DNA of 64,000 bases from an uncultured bacterium (GTDB lineage Bacteria > Oederibacteriota > Oederibacteriia > Oederibacteriales > Oederibacteriaceae). Shown here piece by piece: positions 27,498-38,070 of this stretch (positions are counted from its first letter, which is position 1; each line of letters opens with the position of its first letter). The notes beneath the pieces were generated by a model. That model saw only the letters and a program-made list of their open reading frames with translations, was not told the DNA's origin and ran no database searches. The DNA is taken from NCBI GenBank assembly GCA_965112635.1, contig OZ218778.1:2048001-2112000 (forward strand), written 5' to 3'. Both the position numbers and the translations under genes were made by a program.

Positions 27498-28300
27498 TGG
27501 CCCGTCCTAAACCAGGTGGCGGCGGCAAAACGGATATGGAATCCGCAGGAATGATGCGGTGGCTTCTCACTTATGCGGATATGATCACCCTGCTGCTTAT
27601 ATTTTTTATCGTAATGTATTCGGTTGCTGCTGAAAACCAAGAAGATATTAAAAAGCTTCTGGAAAATTTAAGGGCCACGTTTGGCGGCATCATGACGGGC
27701 GGAAAGGCCCCCATGAACACAGGGTCGGCTTCTGAAATATTGCCTTTTTCTCTATCCGATTACAATGTCCAGTATAGCCAAGCCAAGATAAAGATAACTG
27801 ATTTGACCAAACGTGGTTTGCCGGGCCATGTCCTGGTGCGGTATAATGAACGCGGTTTGGTTATCAGTTTGTTGACAGATGAAGTAGTTTTTGATAAAGG
27901 AAAAGCTGATTTGAAGCCGGCGGCAAAAAAGGTCCTTTCTGATGTGGCAGACGTCATTAAGAAAATGCCTAATCAGATTGCTGTGGAAGGCCACACGGAT
28001 GACTCTCCCGTAAAAGGAGGACTGTATCCCTCCAATTGGGAACTTTCTACGGCGCGGGCTTCAAGCGTGGTCAGATACTTGATTGAGCAGAAAAATATTC
28101 CGCCGTCACGGCTTTCTGCGGCAGGTTATGCGCAGTATAAGCCTCTGCTTCCGAATACGGTTGAATCAAATAAGACATTGAATCGGAGGGTCGATATCGT
28201 TCTCTTGCAAATCGAGCCGTCTAAGAAAACTGGTGAGGTCGCAGTGCCGCAAGCTCCATTTTTATCACCAGAAGAAGCTATTCAAGTAAATTGGAAATGA
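27497..28300 (+). CDS. motB: Stator MotB
   Basis: WLLTYADMITLLL; OmpA-like EGHTD, NWELSTARA, NRRVDI. Confidence 0.95.
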   Translation: MARPKPGGGGKTDMESAGMMRWLLTYADMITLLLIFFIVMYSVAAENQEDIKKLLENLRATFGGIMTGGKAPMNTGSASEILPFSLSDYNVQYSQAKIKITDLTKRGLPGHVLVRYNERGLVISLLTDEVVFDKGKADLKPAAKKVLSDVADVIKKMPNQIAVEGHTDDSPVKGGLYPSNWELSTARASSVVRYLIEQKNIPPSRLSAAGYAQYKPLLPNTVESNKTLNRRVDIVLLQIEPSKKTGEVAVPQAPFLSPEEAIQVNWK

Positions 28301-28335
28301 TTTTTTCTAAATAATCTTTAAGGAGGTTTGAATTT

Positions 28336-28833
28336 ATGGCTGACGTTCAGCAAGGCGGGGAAGTTAAAAAACAGATGACGCTGGTGACGGTTTTGTTGCT
28401 AGCGATTGTTTTGATGCTCATTGGTGTCATTATCACGATTTTTGTGATGAACACCAAGGCTCCGGAGGTAAAGAAGGTTGTCGTTAAAGAAACGCCGGAA
28501 ATAGGCCCGGTCAAATCCTTGGGTGATTTCATTTTGAACCTTGCTGACGCGGGCGAGCCTCGTTATGTTAAGTTGGGTATCAGCTTCGAGATCAAAAGAC
28601 AACAAACCGGAGCTGAGGGGACTGGGGATGATAATGCTAAAGCTGAACTTAAAATGAGAGACGCACAGTTGAAGGATATAGTGGTCGTCGTTGTTAGCAG
28701 TAAGACATCACAAGAACTTTCCACTCCAGAAGGTAAAGAGGCGCTGAAGAAAGAACTGAAGCAAAAATTGAGCGCAGTTTTGACAACCACTGAAGTTGTG
28801 AATATTTTCTTTGACAATTTTGCAATTCAATAA
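28336..28833 (+). CDS. fliL: FliL
   Basis: N-terminal TM; FILNLAD..RYVK..GKEALK..IFFDNFAIQ. Confidence 0.9.
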   Translation: MADVQQGGEVKKQMTLVTVLLLAIVLMLIGVIITIFVMNTKAPEVKKVVVKETPEIGPVKSLGDFILNLADAGEPRYVKLGISFEIKRQQTGAEGTGDDNAKAELKMRDAQLKDIVVVVVSSKTSQELSTPEGKEALKKELKQKLSAVLTTTEVVNIFFDNFAIQ

Positions 28834-28859
28834 AGTAATTTACTGATAAGGGAGGAAAT

Positions 28860-29900
28860 GTGGCAGCTATTTCTCAAGAGGAAATGGATGCCCTTTTAGG
28901 GGTTCTATCACAAGAGGCAGCAGGCAGCCAGAAAGAAGGGGAGGATGCTAGTGGTGTTTCCCCGGCTTCCCAGCCAGGTCTGGAACCTAGAGAGCGGAAA
29001 GTAAAAATTAAGCCCTATGATTTTCGTAGGCCGGACCGCTTTTCCAATGAACAAATGCGTACCTTGCAAATGTTGCATGAAAATTTCGGCCGTTTATTTG
29101 CTGCATCGTTATCTACTCATTTAAGGACCGTGGTAGAAATCAAGGTTTTGTCAGCTAACCAGATTACTTTTGAAGAATTTTTGAAAAGTGTTCCAAATCC
29201 TACTAATGTTAATATTTTCAGTATGTCCCCATTACAGGGAACTGCAATTCTTGAAATGAACCCTGTTTTGGTTTTTACTCTGATAGACCGTATTTTGGGT
29301 GGGCCAGGAAACCCGCCTTTGAAACAGAGGGATTTTACCGATATAGAGATGACCATTCTGGAAAAAGTCGTAAAGCGGGCTTTGGATAATCTCAAAGAAG
29401 CGTGGCAGCATGCTGCTTCTTTAAATTTTAAATTAGAGGCTATGGAGAGCAATCCTCTTTTTGTACAAATCGTGTCGCCGGACGAGACTGTTGCTCTTAT
29501 AAACCTTGAAGTAAAGATCAAATCCGTGACCAGTACGATGAATGTGTGTATACCTTATGTTGTACTAGAAACAATAATTTCCAAATTAAGCGCTCATCAG
29601 TGGTTCACCGTTGTAAAAAAAGCTGAAAGCGGGATTTCTGCTGAAGATTTGAAAAAGAATTTGAAAACAACTTTTGTCCGGGTCAGCGTCCAGCTTGGCG
29701 TTACGCATATCACGATCAGGGATTTGCTTAGTCTGAAAGTTGGGGATGTCGTCAGATTGGACAACGGGATTAACGAGGATTTAAAAATCTATGTTGGGGA
29801 TAGGCACACATTTAGTGGGCGACCTGGTTTGATCAGAAAGAGGAAGGGAGTGCAAATTGTTTCGATTTTAAAACAACAAGAGGAGGGGTTAGATGGGTAG
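28860..29900 (+). CDS. fliM: Switch protein FliM
   Basis: ISQEEMDALL, YDFRRPDRFS, IDRILGG, ESNP. Confidence 0.95.
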   Translation: MAAISQEEMDALLGVLSQEAAGSQKEGEDASGVSPASQPGLEPRERKVKIKPYDFRRPDRFSNEQMRTLQMLHENFGRLFAASLSTHLRTVVEIKVLSANQITFEEFLKSVPNPTNVNIFSMSPLQGTAILEMNPVLVFTLIDRILGGPGNPPLKQRDFTDIEMTILEKVVKRALDNLKEAWQHAASLNFKLEAMESNPLFVQIVSPDETVALINLEVKIKSVTSTMNVCIPYVVLETIISKLSAHQWFTVVKKAESGISAEDLKKNLKTTFVRVSVQLGVTHITIRDLLSLKVGDVVRLDNGINEDLKIYVGDRHTFSGRPGLIRKRKGVQIVSILKQQEEGLDG

Positions 29901-30867
29901 CCTACTGGAAGCAGAAAAAAGCAAATTATTGAGTGTTTTTAAAACTGCAATTATTCCAGTGGCTTCGAATCTAGCCGCTTTACTGGGGAAAAATGTGGAA
30001 CTTAACCCCAGTGAGGTTGTCGAGGTGCCTTGGGCTGAACTTAAGAAAGATGCTAGCCGCTATGTGAATATCCGTGTTCAACTTGGCGGTGATTTGGAGG
30101 GTTATCAATTAGTTCTTTTTAAAGAAAAAGATGCGGCCTTAATGGCCAGCTTGATGATTGGTGAGGCAGGCGGGAAAGCTCCTGAAACCCTCGATGACCT
30201 TTATTTTTCAGCAGCGAGTGAAATTCTTGGCCAGATGATGGATTCACTTGTTACGTCGTTATCTATGACCACATCAAGAAAGATTACGAGCAGCGCTCCG
30301 GATATTCGCAAGATTACATTGGATAGTGAAAGTAATGCTATGTCGCGATTGGTAGGAGGATCCGAAGCTGTTAAAATGGGAATAAATTTTTCTGTCGAGG
30401 GCTTTGCTGACAGTAATATTTACCTAATTTTAAGCGCTGCTATGGCAAAGGAGCTTGCAACTTCTTCCACGGTAGCAACGCAAGCAATGGAGGCGCAGGC
30501 CGGTATGTCTAAAGTAGGTGTTAATACTAGCAGTTTTCAAGAAACTTCAGCTCCAGTCGTGCAACCTGTTCAAATGCCACCTTTGTTGAACAAAACTTTG
30601 GGTAGTAAGGAAAGCAATATTGATCTCCTGATGGATGTTTCGCTTCTTGTGTCTGTAGAGCTTGGAAGGACCCATAAGTATGTTAAGGAAGTTCTCAGCC
30701 TAGGATCAGGGTCTGTTATACAGCTGGATAAATTGGCTGGAGAACCCGTGGATGTTTTGGTCAATGAAAAACTAATTGCTAAAGGTGAAGTAGTGGTTAT
30801 TAATGAGAATTTTGGCGTGAGAATAACTGAAATTATCAGCCCTCAAGAGCGAATTGAGCATCTTTAA
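29893..30867 (+). CDS. fliY: FliY/FliN switch protein (CheC-like plus SpoA domain)
   Basis: CheC-like region then NIDLLMDV..VELGR..AGEPVD..GEVVVINENFGVRIT. Confidence 0.85.
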   Translation: MGSLLEAEKSKLLSVFKTAIIPVASNLAALLGKNVELNPSEVVEVPWAELKKDASRYVNIRVQLGGDLEGYQLVLFKEKDAALMASLMIGEAGGKAPETLDDLYFSAASEILGQMMDSLVTSLSMTTSRKITSSAPDIRKITLDSESNAMSRLVGGSEAVKMGINFSVEGFADSNIYLILSAAMAKELATSSTVATQAMEAQAGMSKVGVNTSSFQETSAPVVQPVQMPPLLNKTLGSKESNIDLLMDVSLLVSVELGRTHKYVKEVLSLGSGSVIQLDKLAGEPVDVLVNEKLIAKGEVVVINENFGVRITEIISPQERIEHL

Positions 30868-30877
30868 AGGTTTATGA

Positions 30878-31495
30878 ATGAAAAAGTTAATTGTATTCCT
30901 GTTTTCTTGCAGTGTTATTTTATCGAGCCTTTCCGTGATCGCTAGAAATACCAGCGTTATAAATAGCGTTACCCCTACCGTTCAAGCCGCTTACCTAGAA
31001 AAAGAAATCCAAAATGTCGAGAAAGGCCCCGTAGCACCGGAAGTCCTATCTTTAGGCTTTTTTGTCAGGGTTGTATTTTCATTAGTATTTGTTGCTGCGG
31101 TTATTTATTTTTTTTCTTTTATTCTAAAAAAAGTGGGTACTAAAGATTTATTTCAACAGCAAGTTCGAAATATCAAGGTTCTGGAAAAAATAACACTGGA
31201 ACCTAAAAAGAACCTTTATTTAATAAGAGTGTCTGGCAGTTTTTTTATCATTGGTTCAAGCGAAAACAAGTTGTTCTTGCTGTCCGAGATTAAAGGAGAT
31301 AAAAATATAAAGGAAATATCAAGTTCTTATGACGAGAAAGAGTCTAGCAAAGCTTTTCAGGATCACTTAGAACATTATAATGCTCTTAGTAAAAGGAATC
31401 TTTGGAGCGATACATATAAAATTACTAACCAGGTTAACGGTGTTCTCAAGGAGAAGATTAAAGGGCTAAAAAAAACTAATGGAACTGGTGTTTAG
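30878..31495 (+). CDS. fliO: FliO/FliZ
   Basis: Signal plus TM, then IKVLEKITLEPKKNLYLIRV..LLSEI; precedes fliP. Confidence 0.82.
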   Translation: MKKLIVFLFSCSVILSSLSVIARNTSVINSVTPTVQAAYLEKEIQNVEKGPVAPEVLSLGFFVRVVFSLVFVAAVIYFFSFILKKVGTKDLFQQQVRNIKVLEKITLEPKKNLYLIRVSGSFFIIGSSENKLFLLSEIKGDKNIKEISSSYDEKESSKAFQDHLEHYNALSKRNLWSDTYKITNQVNGVLKEKIKGLKKTNGTGV

Positions 31496-31599
31496 CAGTA
31501 TTTATTAGTTTAGTAAATAATTTCTTGTGTTTTTTCCCTAAAAGCTTAAATTAGTATTACTTTATAAAGACCTAACTCGCCTACTGAGAAAGAAGAATA

Positions 31600-32361
31600 A
31601 TGGCCAGAAAAAAGATTGCTTTTATTGTCTTGTTAACAATATTTATTGTGTGCATTCAAACACAATTATCATTTTCTCAGAATATCCCCATCCCTAAAAT
31701 ATCCTTTGAAATTGGTCAAGCTAAAAATCCATCGCAAGTTTCATCAGCTTTAGAAGTTTTATTTTTACTGACCCTTCTTTCTTTGGCTCCGGCCATTTTA
31801 ATAATGACAACATCATTCACCAGAATAGTGATTGTCCTTTCATTCTTAAGACAAGCTTTGGGTGTTCAAACAATTCCCCCTAATCAAGTCGTGGTTGGTT
31901 TATCTTTATTCCTAACATTTTTCATTATGCTTCCTGTTGGCCAAAAAATTAATGATAATGCCCTTACTCCCTATTTGAATGGAAAAATAGAACAGCGAGT
32001 GGCCTTAAAAAATGCTATTGCGCCATTAAGGGAGTTTATGCTGAAACAAACTAGGGAAAAAGACCTAGCTTTATTTATTCACTTGTCTAAATCAAAACGA
32101 CCCGCAAACCCTGATGAAGTTGAAACACTAGTGTTGATCCCAGCATTTATCATCAGTGAATTAAAAACTGCTTTTACTATGGGTTTTGTTATTTATCTCC
32201 CATTTCTTGTTGTTGATATGATTGTGGCAAGTACTTTGATGTCTATGGGCATGCTTATGTTACCTCCCGTTATGATTTCTTTGCCTTTTAAGCTTTTATT
32301 GTTCGTGATGATAGATGGCTGGAACTTATTAATTAGTGCTTTAATTACAAGTTTCCGTTAA
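31600..32361 (+). CDS. fliP: Export gate FliP
   Basis: MTTSFTRI, PPNQV, PAFIISEL, GMLMLPP..LPFK..DGW. Confidence 0.97.
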   Translation: MARKKIAFIVLLTIFIVCIQTQLSFSQNIPIPKISFEIGQAKNPSQVSSALEVLFLLTLLSLAPAILIMTTSFTRIVIVLSFLRQALGVQTIPPNQVVVGLSLFLTFFIMLPVGQKINDNALTPYLNGKIEQRVALKNAIAPLREFMLKQTREKDLALFIHLSKSKRPANPDEVETLVLIPAFIISELKTAFTMGFVIYLPFLVVDMIVASTLMSMGMLMLPPVMISLPFKLLLFVMIDGWNLLISALITSFR

Positions 32362-32376
32362 TTACAAGGGAATAAA

Positions 32377-32646
32377 ATGACACCAGAAGTGGCTATAGAA
32401 CTGGGCAATAGGTCGCTGATATTAGCGTTAATCATCTCGATGCCATTATTAGGTTTGGGCCTTGTTGTAGGGGTCATTATAAGTATTTTTCAATCAGTAA
32501 CCCAAATACAAGAAATGACCTTAACCTTTGTCCCCAAGCTGCTTGTGACCCTTTTGGCTTTAATATTTATTGGTCCTTGGATGTTGTCTGTCCTAATAAA
32601 CTTCACCGTGAATTTGTTCAATAATATTCCTGCTTATATAAAATAG
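32377..32646 (+). CDS. fliQ: Export gate FliQ
   Basis: FQSVTQIQEMTLTFVPK. Confidence 0.97.
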   Translation: MTPEVAIELGNRSLILALIISMPLLGLGLVVGVIISIFQSVTQIQEMTLTFVPKLLVTLLALIFIGPWMLSVLINFTVNLFNNIPAYIK

Positions 32647-32696
32647 CGCTTGCCAATAAATCAATTCGATTGTTTTGGTTGATAGGAGAGGATGTA

Positions 32697-33467
32697 TTGA
32701 ATTTATTATCTCTTTCTGTTGTCCAAATAGAAGTATTTTTTCTTATATTTATTAGAGTTACTACTTTATTTTTAGTTGCGCCAATTTTCAGCAGTAGGAA
32801 TATCCCGCCTCAAGTGAAAATTTGGACCTCTTTTTTTATCGCCCTTATTCTATATCCGTTCGCAACAATAGGAATTCTTCCTGATACAACCTATGGATTT
32901 ATACTTTTGATTGGAAGAGAGATTTTGCTTGGGCTTGTTATTGGGTCAATTATTTATTTACTCTTTGTTGGCGTTCAACTGGCCGGTCAGGTTGTTGATC
33001 TCCAAATCGGATTTGGTATAGCTAATGTTATTGACCCGTTAAATAGTATGCAAATATCCATTTTGGGGCAATTCTATTATATTGTGGCCTTGCTAATTTT
33101 TTTGTGTCTGAATGGACATTATATTTTAATAGAGGCCCTTGTAAAAAGTTTCACTTTGATTCCTCTTGGGAAATTCGTTCTTTCGGGAACATTAGTCCAT
33201 GTTTTAATTGATTTGGCTGGGAAGCTATTTATGGTAGCGCTGCAAATTGGCGGTCCGGTAATGATTGTTCTGCTCCTCACTAATATCGCTTTCGGTATTA
33301 TTGCTCGAACAATACCTCAACTAAATATTTTAATGACTGGTTTGCCAATTAATGCTCTTGTCGGAATAATTACAATATTGCTAACCATGGCTTTTTTCTT
33401 GCCTTTCTTTCAAAATATTATCAAAATGATGTGGGAGAATGTAAATTTTGTTTTGATAAAAAGCTGA
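32697..33467 (+). CDS. fliR: Export gate FliR
   Basis: AGQVVDLQIGF..DP, LNGH, ARTIPQLNI; TTG start after GGAGAGG. Confidence 0.94.
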   Translation: MNLLSLSVVQIEVFFLIFIRVTTLFLVAPIFSSRNIPPQVKIWTSFFIALILYPFATIGILPDTTYGFILLIGREILLGLVIGSIIYLLFVGVQLAGQVVDLQIGFGIANVIDPLNSMQISILGQFYYIVALLIFLCLNGHYILIEALVKSFTLIPLGKFVLSGTLVHVLIDLAGKLFMVALQIGGPVMIVLLLTNIAFGIIARTIPQLNILMTGLPINALVGIITILLTMAFFLPFFQNIIKMMWENVNFVLIKS

Positions 33468-33522
33468 CCAATTTAACTTATTGCAGTCGGTTAAATCAAA
33501 TCTGCATTGCAGGTGAAATCAA

Positions 33523-34656
33523 ATGGCTGATCCTGAAAGAACTGAACCGGCAACCCCTAGGCATAGGGAAGAAGTCAGAAAAAGAGGCCAGATTGCAAAA
33601 AGCGCCGAGGTCAATGCAGTTTTAGTATTAATCAGCGCTTTGGTTTATTTTAACATCGAAGGTAATGTTTTTTATGAACAAATAGCTTCTTTAATGAAAA
33701 AACATATTGGTCAAATTGCCAATGTTCAGATCTATCAGGATAATTTTGCAAATAATTTTCAGACGTTTATGGTCCATTTTGTTGTTTTGCTATTCCCCTT
33801 TTTGCTAATTGTTCTCCTGGCGGCGATATTTGCTAATGTAATTCAGTTTGGGTTTTTATTTTCCGTAACTCCTCTTACTCCCAAATGGGAGAATCTCAGT
33901 GCTGTAACAGGTTTCAAGAGGATATTTTCTTTAAGAACATTTGCTGAGCTGATAAAATCTTTATTGAAGATAGGAATTATTGTTGGCATAACTTTTGTTA
34001 CATTAAAAAAAGAAATCCCAACCATTTTATTGGCTGGAGGAACCGATAAGCAGGCATTCGCTTATTTTTTTGCATCGATCATTTTCAAGCTTTGTTTAAG
34101 GTTGTTATTGGCCCTACTTGTGATTGCTATATTAGATTTTATTTATCAAAAATGGCAATATGAGCAAAGTATTCGAATGACAAGGCAGGAAATTAGAGAC
34201 GAGATGAAGCAAACTGAGGGCGATCCTTATATAAAAAGCAGGATAAGATCTATTCAGCGGGAGATGGCGCGCAGAAGGATGATGGAAGATTTACCGAGCG
34301 CCGATGTTGTTATTACAAACCCAACCCATTTAGCTGTGGCACTAAGGTATAAAGATGACGAAAAGAAACACGGAGGCGCTCCAGTAGTGGTCGCCAAGGG
34401 TACTCGTTTAGTGGCCGAAAGGATTAAAATGGATGCTTTTAAATTTAGGATACCTGTGATAGAAAATAGAGTCCTTGCCAAATCGCTGTTTGACACAACA
34501 GAAATCGGGCAAAGAATCCCGGTTGATCTTTATAAAACGGTTGCTGAAATCATAGCGTTTATATACAGGCTGAGAGAACATGGGGATATGCATACTGTGA
34601 AATTAGAGGGGCCATCCTTGTTGATTAGTCCTTCGTTGTTACAAAAAGAGGTTTGA
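33523..34656 (+). CDS. flhB: FlhB
   Basis: RTEPATP, KQTEGDP, intact NPTH autocleavage site. Confidence 0.96.
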   Translation: MADPERTEPATPRHREEVRKRGQIAKSAEVNAVLVLISALVYFNIEGNVFYEQIASLMKKHIGQIANVQIYQDNFANNFQTFMVHFVVLLFPFLLIVLLAAIFANVIQFGFLFSVTPLTPKWENLSAVTGFKRIFSLRTFAELIKSLLKIGIIVGITFVTLKKEIPTILLAGGTDKQAFAYFFASIIFKLCLRLLLALLVIAILDFIYQKWQYEQSIRMTRQEIRDEMKQTEGDPYIKSRIRSIQREMARRRMMEDLPSADVVITNPTHLAVALRYKDDEKKHGGAPVVVAKGTRLVAERIKMDAFKFRIPVIENRVLAKSLFDTTEIGQRIPVDLYKTVAEIIAFIYRLREHGDMHTVKLEGPSLLISPSLLQKEV

Positions 34657-34660
34657 TGTT

Positions 34661-36763
34661 ATGCCAGGTGAAAATTTAGCTCTACCTTCTATGAACAATT
34701 GGACCAAATATAGCGATGTTATTTTGTCGATTGCTGTTGTTGTGGTGGTTGTGATGATGATAGTGCCTCTGCCGCCTATCATGTTGGATCTTTTGCTGAC
34801 TTTGAATATAACGGCGGCTCTAACTATTTTATTGGTCACGATGTATACGCTTGAGCCCCTTCAATTCTCCGTATTTCCTTCGCTTCTTTTAATCGCAACT
34901 ATTTTCAGATTGGCCCTAAATGTTTCTGCCACACGTCTTGTCCTTGCCAATGCCTACGCAGGCGAAGTCATTAAGATTTTCGGAAGTTTCGTGGTTGGTG
35001 GTGGCGGTGATATCACAGCCGTGGTGGTTGGTGCGGTCATATTCCTGATCATCGTAGTTATTCAATTTGTTGTTATCACCAGCGGTGCTCAGCGTGTGGC
35101 TGAGGTTGCTGCGCGTTTTACCTTAGATGCTATGCCTGGCAAACAAATGGCAATTGACGCGGATCTAAATGCGGGATTGATCACGGACGATGAGGCTAGG
35201 GCGAGACGCCGGGGTATTGAAAAGGAGGCAGATTTTTATGGGGCCATGGATGGCGCGAGTAAATTCGTTCGTGGAGACGCCATCGCGGCAATTATTATTA
35301 CCATTATTAATATTATTGCCGGTCTGGCCATCGGTGTAACCTTAAAGGGTTTCGCGCCCAGTGTGGCTGTATTGACCTACACTATCCTGACAATTGGCGA
35401 AGGCCTGGTGACTCAGATTCCCGCCCTTTTGCTTTCCACAGCCACCGGTTTGATTGTCACAAGAGCGGCTTCTGAGTCCAATCTTGGGCAAGACCTTTCC
35501 AGGCAAATCATTCATCAGCCTAGGGTTTTCTATGTTGTTGCAGCGGTATTATTTGTCTTTGGTCTTATTTTTCCATCGTGGATCAAAGTGCCTTTTATTA
35601 TGATCGCAATTTTATGTGCCATTGGAGCATATCTTATGTCCAAAGCTTATAGCCAAGAAATTGTTTTAAAAGAGTCCAAGGCAAAAGAGCAAAAGGAGGC
35701 TGTTAAAACTCCAGAAGACATGGTTCCGTTGTTACAAGTGGATCCTTTAGAGATCGAGCTCGGATACGCGCTTATTCCTTTAGTTGAAGTGTCTCAAGGG
35801 GGCGATTTGTTAGATCGGATCACAAATATTAGAAAACAAATTGCGTTAGATTTGGGGCTGGTAGTCCCACCCATACGGGTGAGGGATAATGTCCAATTAA
35901 AGCCTACCTATTATCTTATCAAAATAAAAGGCGCTGAAGTTGCAAAGGGCGAAATCGTTTTGGGACATTATCTTGCCATTAACTCTGGCGCTGTTACTGA
36001 GAATATTTCTGGCATACCGACCAAAGAGCCGACCTTCGGTCTTCCTGCCCAATGGATCACAGAAGCTGAAAAAGAAAAGGCAGAACTTGCCGGCTATACT
36101 GTTGTCGACGCCACAGCAGTTATTGCCACACATCTTACAGAGGTAATCAGGTTCAATGCAGATTTATTATTAGGGCGCCAAGAAGTTCAAAAACTGATCG
36201 ATCATGTGAAACGGACAAATCCAGCAGTAGTAGAAGAGTTGACGCCTTCTTTGATGATGATAGGAGAGATCCAAAAGGTTTTAAAAAATTTATTAAAGGA
36301 GAAAGTTTCCATCAGAGATTTGGTGACTATTTTCGAAGCATTAGCCGACCAGGCCAGGAATACCAAGGATTTAGAAACATTAACGGAATATGCGCGGCAG
36401 GCATGCAATCGTTCTATCACAAAACAGTACCTCAATGAGGAGGGTAAATTGCCTGCGTTGACCCTTGATCCAAAACTAGAACAAATCATCCAGGAAAGTA
36501 TACAACAAACCGAGAGAGGTTATGTGCTGGCTATCGAACCAAAAGTCGGGAGGCAGATCTTCAGTAGTCTAGCCAGAGAAATTGAAAGGATTGCCAGGGA
36601 AGGTTTTTTGCCTGTATTATTGTGTGCTCCTGTTATTAGACCCTTTTTGAAAAGATTTGTTGAAAAAATATTGCCCAATCTAGTTATTTTATCGTTTAAT
36701 GATATATCTTCTAATGTCGAAGTCCAATCCTTGGGAATTGTAGGTATTCCAAATGAAAATTAA
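34661..36763 (+). CDS. flhA: FlhA
   Basis: RVAEVAARFTLDAMPGKQMAIDADL, FYGAMDGASKFV. Confidence 0.97.
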   Translation: MPGENLALPSMNNWTKYSDVILSIAVVVVVVMMIVPLPPIMLDLLLTLNITAALTILLVTMYTLEPLQFSVFPSLLLIATIFRLALNVSATRLVLANAYAGEVIKIFGSFVVGGGGDITAVVVGAVIFLIIVVIQFVVITSGAQRVAEVAARFTLDAMPGKQMAIDADLNAGLITDDEARARRRGIEKEADFYGAMDGASKFVRGDAIAAIIITIINIIAGLAIGVTLKGFAPSVAVLTYTILTIGEGLVTQIPALLLSTATGLIVTRAASESNLGQDLSRQIIHQPRVFYVVAAVLFVFGLIFPSWIKVPFIMIAILCAIGAYLMSKAYSQEIVLKESKAKEQKEAVKTPEDMVPLLQVDPLEIELGYALIPLVEVSQGGDLLDRITNIRKQIALDLGLVVPPIRVRDNVQLKPTYYLIKIKGAEVAKGEIVLGHYLAINSGAVTENISGIPTKEPTFGLPAQWITEAEKEKAELAGYTVVDATAVIATHLTEVIRFNADLLLGRQEVQKLIDHVKRTNPAVVEELTPSLMMIGEIQKVLKNLLKEKVSIRDLVTIFEALADQARNTKDLETLTEYARQACNRSITKQYLNEEGKLPALTLDPKLEQIIQESIQQTERGYVLAIEPKVGRQIFSSLAREIERIAREGFLPVLLCAPVIRPFLKRFVEKILPNLVILSFNDISSNVEVQSLGIVGIPNEN

Positions 36764-37943
36764 AAGATTTACCGGCAATTCAATTCAGGAGGTTTTTGCC
36801 AAGGTTAAGATGGAAGTCGGCCCAGATGCAGTCATTTTAAACAATAGGCAAGTCAGGGAAGGTGGTATTTTTGGTCTTTTTAGCAAAAAGATCGTTGAGG
36901 TTACTGTTGATCTGGGTGTGGAAAAAAAGAAGGAAACTCCAGGAAGATTTGCTTTTTTCCCTTCGATAAAAAAAGTGTTTGGAAAGAAGGATGTTAACGT
37001 CTCGTCGCAGAAGGAGGATTTGAACCCCAAGTCTTCCAATGCTCTTGGAAATCCTCCTTCATGGCAAACCCCTATTTTACAAAGTGAATTGAATGAGATG
37101 AAAGTAATTTTGCGTCCTAAATTAAAAATCAAAGGCCATGAAGAAAATACCAATTTATCGTTACCCTTCCAGAAGATGTTCCAATCTCTTTTACATCGCG
37201 GAGTCCATGAAGATATAGCTAAATCGTTATTAAGGCAACTCGAAGCAGAATCCCCCCAATTTTTTTCAGATTCTCAATTGCAGGCTCAGAAAGCTTTTAG
37301 AGAATGGCTGATTCCTTATATAAAAACTTCAGGACCCATAAAAGTTGTTTCCGGAAAGAGTAAAATTGTCGCAGTGATAGGGCCAACCGGAGTGGGTAAA
37401 ACAACAACGCTAGCCAAGTTAGCCGCTCATTACTCTTTAAAAGAAAACCGGAAGATAGCGTTAGTTACTTTAGACACCTATAGAATTGCAGCCGTAGAGC
37501 AGCTAAGAACCTATGCAAAAATCTTAGATGTTGGCCTTGGTGTAGCTACGAAGCCACAAGAGCTGAGCATTATATTTAATAATTTTAAAGATAGAGATTT
37601 AATTCTTATGGATACAGCTGGAATGAGTCCTTACGGCTCTCGCCAACTGAAAGATTTGCAGGAGTTGTTCAGGGGTTGGAATGTCGAAATATATTTATTA
37701 ATTTCGGCAATAACAAATTTTAGCGATATGAAAACCATATATGATCATTTTTCTGTTCTCCCATTGAAAAGGGTAATCATTACAAAAGTTGACGAAACTA
37801 AAAACCACGGAGTTTTGCTTAATGCTGCAATCCAATTTCCCATCCCCATTTCCTATCTTACTATTGGCCAAAATGTTCCTCAGGATATAGAAATTGCTGA
37901 TCCAAGTCGAATAGCAAGATATATCATTGATAATCGCCCATAA
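36753..37943 (+). CDS. flhF: SRP-type GTPase FlhF
   Basis: GPTGVGKTTT, DTYRIAAVEQL, DTAG, TKVDE, GQNVPQD. Confidence 0.94.
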   Translation: MKIKRFTGNSIQEVFAKVKMEVGPDAVILNNRQVREGGIFGLFSKKIVEVTVDLGVEKKKETPGRFAFFPSIKKVFGKKDVNVSSQKEDLNPKSSNALGNPPSWQTPILQSELNEMKVILRPKLKIKGHEENTNLSLPFQKMFQSLLHRGVHEDIAKSLLRQLEAESPQFFSDSQLQAQKAFREWLIPYIKTSGPIKVVSGKSKIVAVIGPTGVGKTTTLAKLAAHYSLKENRKIALVTLDTYRIAAVEQLRTYAKILDVGLGVATKPQELSIIFNNFKDRDLILMDTAGMSPYGSRQLKDLQELFRGWNVEIYLLISAITNFSDMKTIYDHFSVLPLKRVIITKVDETKNHGVLLNAAIQFPIPISYLTIGQNVPQDIEIADPSRIARYIIDNRP

Positions 37944-38070
37944 TAGACTCAACCCAATCTCAGGTGCCGCGTTGTACTGACAAAAAAATAAGACCTTTGT
38001 ATTTTTAGATGTACTCAAAATGATTTTCAATCCGAATTAATTATATTAAGAGATTTTGCTGAGGGAAAAT

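Noticed and set aside
31600-36763. Non-flagellar injectisome T3SS
   Set aside because: Rod, hook, L/P-ring, C-ring and stator genes show it is flagellar; no secretin or needle genes
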